Source of the DNA: Azolla caroliniana
Taxonomy: Eukaryota > Plantae > Polypodiophyta
NCBI GenBank assembly: GCA_043228905.1
Contig: JBHGNT010000012.1
Coordinates: 1,178,001 to 1,242,000 of the forward strand
DNA length: 64,000 nt
Reading direction: 5' to 3'
Within the stretch, counting starts at the first letter, position 1. Every line of letters begins with the position of its first letter. Positions 25,635 through 36,270 of the stretch are shown piece by piece. Under the pieces are notes generated by a model, which saw only the letters and a program-made list of their open reading frames with translations, was not told where the DNA came from and searched no databases. Both the position numbers and the translations under genes were made by a program.

Positions 25635-28600
25635 TGTCGAATACAAGTGTATAATGGACGTATTCACACTATCCCTTTGTATAGCTCAAGTTTGGGCCAT
25701 TTGTGTAATTAGCATAAATGGTAGTTGCCCTAAGTTTGTCACTATATAAAGTGACCTAGTAACCTTTTTGTAAGGTTGGTTGTATTATTGTTTCTATTGA
25801 ATAGAAAGAGTCTTTTGTGCCTCCTCTCTCTCTCTCTCTCTCTCTGTGCACGATCTTGGAAACTGCCATACGCAGGTACTCAACCCCAATCGACTGCTAC
25901 TTGATCTTCCGCATTGACGGCCTTGTCTTCAACATCTGGTATCAGAGCCTGCACAGTATTCGGTTCCTCAACCCGCTGTCGGCCGTCGTCTCAGCCTGCA
26001 CAGTATTCGGTCTTTCGCTTCATCCTAGTCTGCAAAGCATTCGGTTTCCTGCGTCATTCGAAGAAAAAGAGAAGAAAGTAGGCAAACACAAGCTTGAATC
26101 TCGCTGCGTTAGATCATCACTCGGAGTAAGCCAGTCGGCTGTACTCTACTTCCTTGATCGTAACTGCTTGAGGTGGGCTTCCTGCACAACGACGACTTCA
26201 AGGACAACCCCAGTTCGTGTTTCATTCGATTGGACAATAATCGGAAGGACCAGTCGGTTCCATTGCTCTCACCGTTGCAGTCAACCGAAACCGAATCGGC
26301 TTGAAGTACTGTCGGATCGTTAAATCTAGGTTCAACTCGACTAAGACAGTTGTCGGTAGTCAATCCGAACCAAATCCCCGATTCTCCGTAATCAACATCA
26401 CTTGTGTCCAACTTCGGCTAGAACGACACTGAGTGGGCCAAACCGCTGCACTTCACCAAAGTTCGTAGCCGACTTAGGGCAAAGTCATGACATCAACATC
26501 CGGCTCGTCAGAAATGAGTCTACGAAAGTTCGATGGATCGAACTTCAACTTCTGGAAGGAGCAAATGCAGGACTATCTCATAGTCAAGGGGCAAATCGAT
26601 CCCATCGAAAATGAAGAACCTCCAGAAGGATACAAACCAATTGAGTGGCAGAAGCTGGACAGAATCGTCCGCGCCACGATTCGGATGCACCTATCGGAAT
26701 CGGTATACTTTACGGTGCAATCGTGTACGACATCATTCAAACTGTGGAAAACACTGTCGGACACCTACGAAAAGAAGGTCGCTGCAACGAAGATGTTTCT
26801 GATCCGGCGCCTCTACAACTTGCGGATGAAAGAATCAGATTCGGTTCAAGCACATCTCAATGAGTACGAAAGCATAAGCTCCCAAATCTCATCTCAGGGG
26901 ACGGCAATCGAGGATGAACTCAGAGCAATGATACTCATGAGCAGCCTTCCCTCATCATGGGAAACTTTCGTCACAACCGTGTGCAACGTGTCAACCACGG
27001 CTGTTAAATACTCCGAAGTCACGAGCGCAATCCTGACCGAAGCAGCTCGGAGAAAGTCTTTCGCCAAAGACTCAACAGACGACGCTTATGTAGTACAAGG
27101 TTCGACAAACCGATCGAACATACGAGGAAGAGATTCCTCACGGCAGCCGAACAATCAGCGAAGACGGAGCCAGTCACGGGATAATCGAATCTGCAACTAT
27201 TGTAAGAAACCCAGACACATCAAAGCCGACTGCCGCGCACTCAAGAACAAGAACGACAAGTCTCAGAAATCAGACAAGAAGAGTGGCCGGCATGAGGAGA
27301 TCAATTACGTCAGCTTCTCAGCTGATGTGCTACCAAACGACCCGAATATACTATCAATCGAAAATCCAGTCGGATCAGAAGTTCTGCTCACGACTGAAGA
27401 ATCGAGCACATGGCTCTTAGATTCGGGCGCGTCATTTCACGTGACTCCTCATCGATCCCAATTTCGGCAATATACGATCCGTCACTCCGACTCAGTTCGA
27501 GTCGGCAACTCGCAACACTGTGACATCATTGGAATCGGCACAGTAGAGCTCAACCTTGCAGGTGGCTCTACACTTGTACTTCACAATGTCCGACATGTAT
27601 CCGAGCTCTCAAGGCCATTGATCTCAGTCGGACAACTAGATGAAGACGGCATTCGTGCCGGTTTTTCTTCGGGAGGGTGGACACTCCACAGGGGGAACCT
27701 CCTGCTTGCTAGAGGACCCAAGATACACTCACTGTATCCGTTACATGTTACGCTCAGAGAGGGTAACCTGTTTTTGGTGGATATTCCTATGTCATCACTA
27801 TGGCACAGAAGATTAGGACACCTCAGCAAGGCCGGCATTACGCACCTATCTAGAGCCGGATACATCCCTAAACTCTCCTTCTCGGACCATCAATTCTGCG
27901 AACATTGCCAGTATGGCAAACAAGCAGCCGCATCACACCCGACATCAGCACCAAGAGAAACGAGACCTCTCGATTTAGTCCACTCGGACGTCTGTGGCCC
28001 AATGCCGCATCAGTCTCTCGGCGGTGCCTCTTACTTCGTCAGTTTTATTGACGATTCGACTCGAAAGGTGTGGGCTTATCCAATTCGCACCAAAGATCGT
28101 GTCTTCTCGATCTTCTCCGATTGGCTCGCTATGGTAGAAAATCAAACTGACCGAAAACTGAAATGCTTTCGGACCGACAATGGGGGAGAGTTCAAATCAG
28201 AAGAATTCGTCAAATTCTGCCGACAACGCGGCATCCGACGTGAATTTACGGCACCACACAGTCCGGAGCAAAACGGGATTGCAGAACGCATGTATCGGAC
28301 AATCCAAGAACGGATAGTTTCCATGCTCCAACACTCCGGACTGTCGGATGGCTTCTGGGCAGAGGCTCTACTCACGGCAGTACACATAATCAATATGTCG
28401 CCAAGCAGACCTCTAGGACTTCAAATTCCTCAGGAACTATGGATCGGCAGTAAGCCGAATTACGACAAGCTGAGGATCTTCGGATGCGAGGCGTACGCCC
28501 TTATTCCGAAAGATGATCGCCGAAAACTTGCACCTCGGTCCAGGAAATGCATTTTCCTTGGATATGGATCAGACGGCGAAATGGGATACCGACTCTGGGA

Positions 28601-31013
28601 CCCCGAACGCAGACAAATCGTTCGAAGTTCGGACGTTGTGTTCAACGAGTCGGCTATGAATCCATCAGTCAAAACACCGATCGAAGTCCGAAGGGTAACA
28701 TTTTCCGATGTGCCGACCCTTCAAGAAGGCCCCGCTCTTAACACACGGTCAGCTTCACGGGTAGCTGAACCTTCCACTACCGACTCGGACAACTCTGACT
28801 CGGCACAGCAGAATAATTCGCTTTCGGACCATCCGACCTCGATACCCGATACGACCAGTCCAATCATACCTCGACGATCCGAGAGACTGTCGCAACCTCC
28901 GGAGAGGTATTCTCCTGGAATTTTCTTCACCGACGCCGGCGAACCGACGTCTTACGAAGAAGCATCGACATCTGTCGATTCAGCCACCTGGCATCTGGCG
29001 ATGGAGTCGGAAATGCACTCCATTCGGGCAAACAAGACTTGGGATCTGGTCGAATTACCTAAGAATCGACGTGCTCTTCCTTGCAAGTGGGTTTATCGAC
29101 TAAAAGAGACGTCTAATTCGACCACCCCAAAGTACAAGGCCAGATTAGTTGCGAAGGGCTTCCGACAAGAATATGGCGTCGACTTCGACGAGATTTTTTC
29201 ACCAGTGGTGAAAATGACAACCCTTCGTTTTCTACTCGGCGTAGTGGCAGCCGACAACTTGGAGCTGATTCAGCTAGATGTCAAAACAGCCTTCCTCCAT
29301 GGTGATCTTGAAGAGGAAATTTATATGGAGCAGCCAAAAGGCTTCGTGGCAACTGGCCAAGAACATCTAGTCTGCCGACTCAGGAAGAGTCTATACGGCC
29401 TCAAACAGGCACCACGACAATGGTACAAGAAGTTCGACGACTTCATCCAATCGATCGGCTTCTCAAAAAGCGATGAGGACCATTGTCTTTTTACCAACAC
29501 AGCTCAAGATGGATCACCCATCTTCCTCATCATTTACGTGGACGACATGCTAATTTCTGGACGCCACGCGGGCGAACTTGCCGATCTCATTCGGCAATTG
29601 CAGTTGAAGTTTGCCATGAAGGACCTCGGTCCGGCACGACACATACTTGGCATGAAGATTAGTCGGCATCGCGATAAACGACATCTTTTTTTGTCTCAGA
29701 CCGACTATATCGGACGTGTCTTGGAACGCTTCAACATGCAATCAGCCAAATCTGCTTCAACCCCGCTCCCCATGAATCTTCGGCTCTCTCAGCGAGACTG
29801 CCCGACATCCGGTCCGGAGGGGGAAGATATGAAGTCGGTACCGTATGCACCGGCAGTCGGCTCCCTTATGTACCTGATGGTCGCGACACGGCCTGATATT
29901 TCTCATGCCGTAGGAGTCGTTAGCAGATTTATGCACAATCCTGGCCGATCGCATTGGAACGCAGTCAAGCATGTGTTCAAATATCTGGCTGGCACAAAAG
30001 ACCACGACATTCTTTTCGGTCCGAACTCAACCTCGGGCGTAGTCGGTTACACCGACTCGGACTTCGCCGGCTGTATAGACAGTCGGAAATCAACAACTGG
30101 ATACTGCTTCAAATTCGGCAATGGAGCAATTTCGTGGAAGTCGAAACTTCAGGAGTGCACAGCGACCTCAACGACCGAAGCAGAATATGTAGCTGCGTCC
30201 GACGCTGCAAAAGAAGCTTTGTGGCTCGGCCGGCTGGCGCACACGTTTCGACAAGTCGACCATGACTCGGCCCCAGTTGTCTATAGCGACAGTCAAGGTG
30301 CTGTTGCCTTGTCGAAAAATCCGGTTCACCACAACGCCTCCAAACATATCGACGTTCGATATCACTTCGTTCGGGACTGCATCATTTCAGGGAAAATCGG
30401 TCTAGAGAAAATATCCACAACCGACAATGTCGCAGATGGAATGACCAAGTGTCTTTCGGCAGACCGCTTTCGGTCCCTTCGGCATCAGATGGGCGTAACG
30501 ACAAACCAGTCCGGTTAGAGCCGGACACAGCGCAGGATGGTTTCAGACAACCGACATCAGTTCCTTAATGATCGGCTTCAACTCTTCCGACCCGACCAGT
30601 CCGGCCTTCTGCCTTCGGATCCTGCCGACTCGAACAAAACTGATATGTCCGAGAACCTAGGTTTATACCTGTAATCTTAGATAACCCATGTATACGCCCA
30701 TTACGGGGGAGTGTCGAATACAAGTGTATAATGGACGTATTCACACTATCCCTTTGTATAGCTCAAGTTTGGGCCATTTGTGTAATTAGCATAAATGGTA
30801 GTTGCCCTAAGTTTGTCACTATATAAAGTGACCTAGTAACCTTTTTGTAAGGTTGGTTGTATTATTGTTTCTATTGAATAGAAAGAGTCTTTTGTGCCTC
30901 CTCTCTCTCTCTCTCTCTCTCTCTGTGCACGATCTTGGAAACTGCCATACGCAGGTACTCAACCCCAATCGAATGCTACTTGATCTTCCGCATTGACGGC
31001 CTTGTCTTCAACA
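25635..31013 (+). mobile_element. Intact, very young Ty1/Copia LTR retrotransposon
   Basis: LTRs 25635-25934 (300 bp) and 30712-31013 (302 bp), TG...CA, differing by one SNP and one CT unit. TSD CAGAG (25630-25634, 31014-31018); PBS TGGTATCAGAGCC at 25937; PPT GGGGGAG before the 3' LTR. Confidence 0.98.
26487..30518 (+). CDS. Copia gag-pol polyprotein, 1343 aa, uninterrupted
   Basis: CNYCKKPRHIKADC, WLLDSGASFH, HSDVCGP/TDNGGEF/AERM, QLDVKTAFLHG, YVDDM, YTDSDFAG...TEAEY, in Copia domain order. Confidence 0.97.
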   Translation: MTSTSGSSEMSLRKFDGSNFNFWKEQMQDYLIVKGQIDPIENEEPPEGYKPIEWQKLDRIVRATIRMHLSESVYFTVQSCTTSFKLWKTLSDTYEKKVAATKMFLIRRLYNLRMKESDSVQAHLNEYESISSQISSQGTAIEDELRAMILMSSLPSSWETFVTTVCNVSTTAVKYSEVTSAILTEAARRKSFAKDSTDDAYVVQGSTNRSNIRGRDSSRQPNNQRRRSQSRDNRICNYCKKPRHIKADCRALKNKNDKSQKSDKKSGRHEEINYVSFSADVLPNDPNILSIENPVGSEVLLTTEESSTWLLDSGASFHVTPHRSQFRQYTIRHSDSVRVGNSQHCDIIGIGTVELNLAGGSTLVLHNVRHVSELSRPLISVGQLDEDGIRAGFSSGGWTLHRGNLLLARGPKIHSLYPLHVTLREGNLFLVDIPMSSLWHRRLGHLSKAGITHLSRAGYIPKLSFSDHQFCEHCQYGKQAAASHPTSAPRETRPLDLVHSDVCGPMPHQSLGGASYFVSFIDDSTRKVWAYPIRTKDRVFSIFSDWLAMVENQTDRKLKCFRTDNGGEFKSEEFVKFCRQRGIRREFTAPHSPEQNGIAERMYRTIQERIVSMLQHSGLSDGFWAEALLTAVHIINMSPSRPLGLQIPQELWIGSKPNYDKLRIFGCEAYALIPKDDRRKLAPRSRKCIFLGYGSDGEMGYRLWDPERRQIVRSSDVVFNESAMNPSVKTPIEVRRVTFSDVPTLQEGPALNTRSASRVAEPSTTDSDNSDSAQQNNSLSDHPTSIPDTTSPIIPRRSERLSQPPERYSPGIFFTDAGEPTSYEEASTSVDSATWHLAMESEMHSIRANKTWDLVELPKNRRALPCKWVYRLKETSNSTTPKYKARLVAKGFRQEYGVDFDEIFSPVVKMTTLRFLLGVVAADNLELIQLDVKTAFLHGDLEEEIYMEQPKGFVATGQEHLVCRLRKSLYGLKQAPRQWYKKFDDFIQSIGFSKSDEDHCLFTNTAQDGSPIFLIIYVDDMLISGRHAGELADLIRQLQLKFAMKDLGPARHILGMKISRHRDKRHLFLSQTDYIGRVLERFNMQSAKSASTPLPMNLRLSQRDCPTSGPEGEDMKSVPYAPAVGSLMYLMVATRPDISHAVGVVSRFMHNPGRSHWNAVKHVFKYLAGTKDHDILFGPNSTSGVVGYTDSDFAGCIDSRKSTTGYCFKFGNGAISWKSKLQECTATSTTEAEYVAASDAAKEALWLGRLAHTFRQVDHDSAPVVYSDSQGAVALSKNPVHHNASKHIDVRYHFVRDCIISGKIGLEKISTTDNVADGMTKCLSADRFRSLRHQMGVTTNQSG

Positions 31014-31748
31014 CAGAGAACATTGTACCCGGGCAAATAATGCATCTACCTTTCCTATCCATGAGTCGAGGGTCCAAATACCATCTGTCCAGCCTAGACA
31101 TCGTCCTCCCGTGCACACTTCCTCCTACTCTAGAGTAGCGAAGAGATTTTTCTTTTTGCATTTGAAAGTGAGGGGCATTCCAACAATCTATCACATTATA
31201 TGCTAAACAAAACTTATCCCATGCATTCTTCTCTACCCCCTGTACCGTTCCATTTGCATTGCCTCTTCTATCTTCTGGATGCTCCACCATATTAAAGTCT
31301 CCTCCAATGATCCACAACTCAGCATCTGGTTTCTTGGCCACTAGTTGCAACCAGAATTCTTGTCTTTCAACAGCTGAATTTGGGGCATAAATGTTCAGTA
31401 TGCCCAAGTGCCCACAACTATGTTTTATCCGTATGTAGACAACACGACCCTCTATTAAACTACCCCTGCCTGTACGGTCAGCAGTAAACTTAGCTTTCAT
31501 AGCTATAAGTACTCCCCCCTGAATCTGCTTATCTCCCGTAGCTGCTGACCATGTATTGGTCCAGTTTCCGGGGCAAATGCTTCCTATTTTATCGATCTTG
31601 TCCCCATCTAGATGGTGCTCCTGCACCAAGATAATATCAGGCAACACTGCCTCAGTGCATCGCTGAATTTCAGCAGCCAACACATTCTTTTTCATCTGGA
31701 ATTGGGTGCCACCAATTCCTTGTATATTCCAAGTTAGCAAACTGAGAT

Positions 31749-33629
31749 TCATATAAGCTGCACCTTCTGAGGCCCAGCCAATGCATTTTCCGCTTCCAAT
31801 ATGGTAGCTAATATCCGATCTTGGAGATTTTCCTCTTCCAACTGTGTCAACATTTCAGGGACGTATACCATGAACTCCGTTATCAGATTAGGAAGCTTCC
31901 TAAATTTCACATTTATGAAGCATATGCCTTGTTCATTCGCCTTGCCCGAACTCCAAATCAAGGCATCTTTCCATTGTCTTTTCATTTTCATCCCTATTGC
32001 GGTACCATATGATGCGTCTACATAAACATCCATTTGTTGTTCCAAACACCCGAGGGCTTCTTCTCTACTATGTGGCTCCTTAGTTCCCAAGGCCAAAATA
32101 TAGGACAGACCCGCAACCCCTCCATCACTACATTTGCCATATATATTGACTCTACATATGTTGTCCTTCTTCATTTCACTTCCACATAGTTCCTTGAACC
32201 ACTTTTAACCCGTCAGATTCACTTTGATCTGTTGTCCAGTATTCGAGAGGGGGCCCGCCTTGTATTGAAGATTCCAGTTCACTCTTGGCCATTTACGCAT
32301 CCCTTTATTTTTTTCCATCCCCTTCATCTCCTCTTTTTTAGCACGCATGTGCCTTTTCATTTTTGCTATCCCCTTAATATCTAGGGTTGTCACCAATGAC
32401 TTAGACTGCTCTTTCAATGGGCTTACGACCTTTCCTATGTTTAATTCTCCTACCTCGCCTATACTTTCATGAAGCATCTGGCCAATAACATCCCCTACCA
32501 AGTTGTCCTCATGGTGTAGTTTCGTCATATCATTAATTACTTCCACATAATTACTCTCATGAGTTGCCTTCGTTCTTTCTTCCCTTTCATTAGATTTGTA
32601 TTCATTGTCCTCTAAGGTTAAGAGCGCATACTTATTTCTAAGTGGGAGCCATTCTTGTCCGACCATGACTTTTTGTTTGCCTTTATAGGTGTTATGTTTC
32701 CATCCATCTTCATTCTTACTCAATGCATGGTTCATTCGTTGATTTTTCTGTTGCATCAGACTTGTTTTACATTTCTGTCCTTGCTTCCCATTTCCATGAT
32801 GCATGTTCTCCTTTCCTCTAGGGCATTCTCGGGCCATGTGCCCCATCTGTCTACATGCAAAGCATTGCCCTGGGAGTCCCACATACTCAACAGTTTGTAC
32901 ATGGTCAGCCATTTGTTTACTGCTCAACAACATTGATTGCGGTAAGGTCTGTACATCCGAAACAATTAGTTTGATCCTCGATGTTTCACTTATTCTCTCC
33001 GCAAGAGTCTTTTCCAGGCATTGACCTCCCATACTTTTGCCAATGGCCGGGAGAAAGGATTCCCATTGCTTAGGTAAACCAGGAAAAAATGCCGTTACCA
33101 CTGTAGGATTGCCTATATAAGCATCAACTTTACACATGTCAAAGTCTGCATCCCAATTGAATACATAGGCCCTTGCATTGTGCCAAATCAGTGGGCTGCT
33201 CTCAACAATTTTGCATACATTCGTTTCCGGCATCACTATAACATGGTAGAAGCCCTTTCCCATAAATGCAATGTCCTTCAATCTACCAAGGTCTTCTTGT
33301 AGACAACTTTGCAGCCAATCACGCAATATTGCTCTATTGGGTCGACTACCCACCACTTTTACCACAAAGGATTCCCGTTTAAGACGTGTTAATTCACTCT
33401 CCATTAGGCATTCTTCCTCCGGGGAGAGAACAAAGGCTCCCATTGCATGCATTGAGGAACCATTTTGATTGTCCACCCCTTGTGTTTCCTGTTCGGTTTC
33501 AGCATCAATGCGATTAAATAGATGTTCGTGACATACTTGTGTCCCATTGATGTCCAGAAGGTTTGGGGCTAATGTTTGTGCAGGCTCTGAAGCAGCCAAG
33601 TCGTTTTTCGAAGATCCTTCTGTTGCCAT
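31749..33629 (-). pseudogene. LINE ORF1 (DUF4283/RRM-like + CCHC knuckle + C-terminal extension), one in-frame stop
   Basis: FMGKGFYHVIV and CFACRQMGHMAREC motifs. ORF 32174-31749 is in frame with 33629-32205 across a single TAA, and its TGA overlaps the ORF2 ATG (ATGA). Confidence 0.8.
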
Positions 33630-34217
33630 CGCTCCTCACGGCTGAGTCGTAGGTCGATGTCTTTGACAATATCGTTTGATCCTCCTCTGCTGTCGACGCC
33701 TATGTTACTCTGCTATCCCATCGCCGCCTGACGAAACTAATATTTTCATTGAGCTTAGTTTAGTTGGAGCTAGTCAATACCCTATGGTGCCTATCTTAAG
33801 TGTGCTTGATCCTTGATATTGTAATGTACGTTGTATTATTTTGTTAAAGGTGTTTTATCATCGAGATTTTAGATAATATTTTCCATTATTTACACGGATG
33901 GAATTGTGTCTATTACTTACCCAGAAACTCATGTTATGATAATCGGGATCATTGATTGCATATTTTGTTGGTCATCTAAATCACTTGATGTAAGTTTTGA
34001 AACAAATAAAACTTAGAGGCTTCAAATTGGTTCTCTAAGAACTTGAGGCCTCCCATTATATAAGGCACTAATTGTCTTACCAATAATTCTATCATAGGTT
34101 TTAACAAGATGCAATTAAAGGCTGTTTTTTCTTGTTTTGTTGTACAAGAAGCGAATATGGCTTTTCCTTCAAATAAAGAAAGAAAGAAAGAAATATATAT
34201 ATATAGAGAGAGAGAAA

Positions 34218-34300
34218 GAGGTGAGGAAGTTGGGTTTTGAACCCAAAACGGAGTGCTTGTAGTACTAACAACTTACCACTAGGGTAAGGTAATTACGATA
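34218..34300 (-). mobile_element. tRNA-like SINE head, family S2 copy 2
   Basis: Aligns along its full 83 bp with 6443-6525; flanked by (TA)n/(GA)n. Confidence 0.6.
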
Positions 34301-34324
34301 AAAGAGAGAGAGCGAGAGCGAGAA

Positions 34325-35300
34325 CGCAATTTAATCGTTTGTTTCATTTGGGGGTCAAAGAGGTGGGAGATATAGTTGAGGCTCCATCTCAAAGAATTTT
34401 GGAGTTTGTTGAAGCACAACAATTATTACGCATTCCGCTTAATTATGGGTTTATTTGGCAACAACTACAAAATATTCCATTGATGCAAGGTCCCTTACCT
34501 CTACAAACAGGAGAACAACCGTGGATTGATTGGTGTTTAAAGGGTCAAACATCGTTGTTACAAGTGACTACAAATCTTTTGTATCATTGCTTTGTTGAGT
34601 CTCTTGGATGGTTATCATCTAAGGCTGAAGAAGAATGGAGATTACACAAATCTGATCAAGGGTGGTGGCAAATCTTACAACTTAGTTGCCATTCTAAATT
34701 GCCACTTGAAGCAAAGGTCTTCATTCGTAGAGTTTTGATTGGAGGATTGCCTTTGGGATTAGCTCTAAAGCGTCGTGGATTAGCAACGGGTAATTGCTTT
34801 TTTTGCACTGTTCAAATGGAAGATAGTACTCATTGATTTACACAATGCCCGATTGCTTCTCAGATTTGGAGTTACATTTCTCAAATTTGGCAAGTTTTAT
34901 CATGGTGTTATTTGACACCTAGACAGTGGGCATTTATTTGCACAATTTACACAGGTGGACCCAAAGTCAGAGATGGAGATTGTTTTTCTATTTTTGAGAT
35001 ATTGGGGATTGCGTCATAATTAGAACATGCGCAACACTTTTGTATTCGATGGTAGACATGGAGTGAAAGCATATCTACGAAAGTTGAAGGGAGTACTAAT
35101 GTGGCAATTTTCTTTATTGGAGTAAGTGCAAATCCTTTCCTCGGTGGAATGTTCGTCTTGCCTATTGACAATTCAACATGTTCCACTACCCACGTAGTGT
35201 AGTGTAGTTAGTGGGTGATCATACTTCATGGTCACACCCATTGTAAGTAGTGTTTTTTACACACATTTATTAATATAATTGTGTTTTCACCAAAAAAAAA
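34325..35300 (+). mobile_element. 5'-truncated LINE (third family), zf-RVT 3' end with poly(A)
   Basis: LPLEAKVFIRRVLIGGLPLG...CFFCTVQMEDSTH*FTQCPIASQIW; A-run at ~35292-35300; GA repeats on both sides. Confidence 0.82.
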
Positions 35301-36270
35301 GAAAGAGAGAGAGAGAGAGAGCAAAGTCTTTGTTAACATTCATAACTTCTGTTGTGTTTAAAAGTCTTGTAGATAAGTACAAATAAGAAGCATGGTCATT
35401 TCCTTTGTAGATCTAGATCTAGTGTGAATATCAACAATATTTGCATTAGTTGTGCTGACATTCTTTTCTCTTGCATCCATGTTCTATAGTAGTATGGCTT
35501 TTACCTAGTAGGGAACGATCCCATATGAATGTGGATTTTACCTAGAAGGGAACAAGGCCCTATGAATGCAAGGAGCGACATCCCATTACTTGGTTCCTTT
35601 TTTAAAGCCTGGAATTTTTTCTTACTAACCCCTCACTTTATGATGATCGTGGGTTCTTTTTTTAAAGCTGTACATTTCAAACACATGCATGTTTACCACT
35701 GTTAGGTCCATGTTATCCTTCTCAAAGTTCGCATTGTCTGCAAATTTCTGCTCGCCTTTTTTCCGTTACTTTTTTTCGCCTTTTTCTTTTTCTTTAGGTC
35801 TTGTACTTTTAAACATGTTATTTGTGCATTGTGGATGTACCCACTCCCAAGCAAAATAAAATCCGAGCTCGTCTCTTCCCAAAGACATTGGCAAAAACAA
35901 AGACTAAATAAAACATATCTTCTCTTTCTCCATTGCTGCCTCATTGTTTTCTGCTTCACGTTCTCGGAGCCCAACATGCATTGTTTTCTCTCATCAATTA
36001 ATGTACATATCCCTTTGTGTAATACAATTCAAGACCAGTCAATGGGGGACGGACTATACATAGCTCATCCATATATTTGGATACATTGCCAATCTTTATT
36101 ACTTCACTACACATAAAAAAGCTTGTGTGCAAAAAGTTAAGCAAATTTGCAGATTTACAGAATGGAATTTTACTCGTAAAACTTTTGAATTTTCTAGCAA
36201 GGATCTCGCCCTCGTGATAGACAAGAGATTGGCGCTTCTTCTCAAAAGGACTCCTCAAATATGAACCCTT

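Larger units (their letters stand above)
21860..31752 (-). pseudogene. LINE ORF2 (EN-RT-zf-RVT), split by Copia, with stop and frameshifts
   Basis: ORF pieces 31752-31014, 25634-24860, 24848-23877, 23870-22485, 22534-22205; frameshifts near 24880 and 22530; TAG at 23877. 3' boundary approximate. Confidence 0.9.
21802..33733 (-). mobile_element. Full-length L1-like LINE (family B) with 17-bp TSD, interrupted by Copia
   Basis: TSD AAACTAATATTTTCATT at 21785-21801 and 33734-33750; poly(A) at ~21802-21820. ORF1 at 33629-31749; ORF2 from 31752 with APE endonuclease (TWNIQG, QEHH, NIYAPN, GGDFN, SRLDR, SDH), RT (LDFEKAFD, RQGCPLAP, YVDD, YLG) and zf-RVT (CTACGQIESISHCLWEC). Confidence 0.96.

Noticed and set aside
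25817-26323. 168-aa ORF spanning the Copia LTR/5' UTR
   Set aside because: Non-ATG start, runs through the CT repeat and PBS; likely incidental.
31990-32040. VYVDAS as an RNase H first-Asp motif in the LINE ORF1 extension
   Set aside because: The downstream RNase H glycine and acidic pattern is not evident; too short to support.
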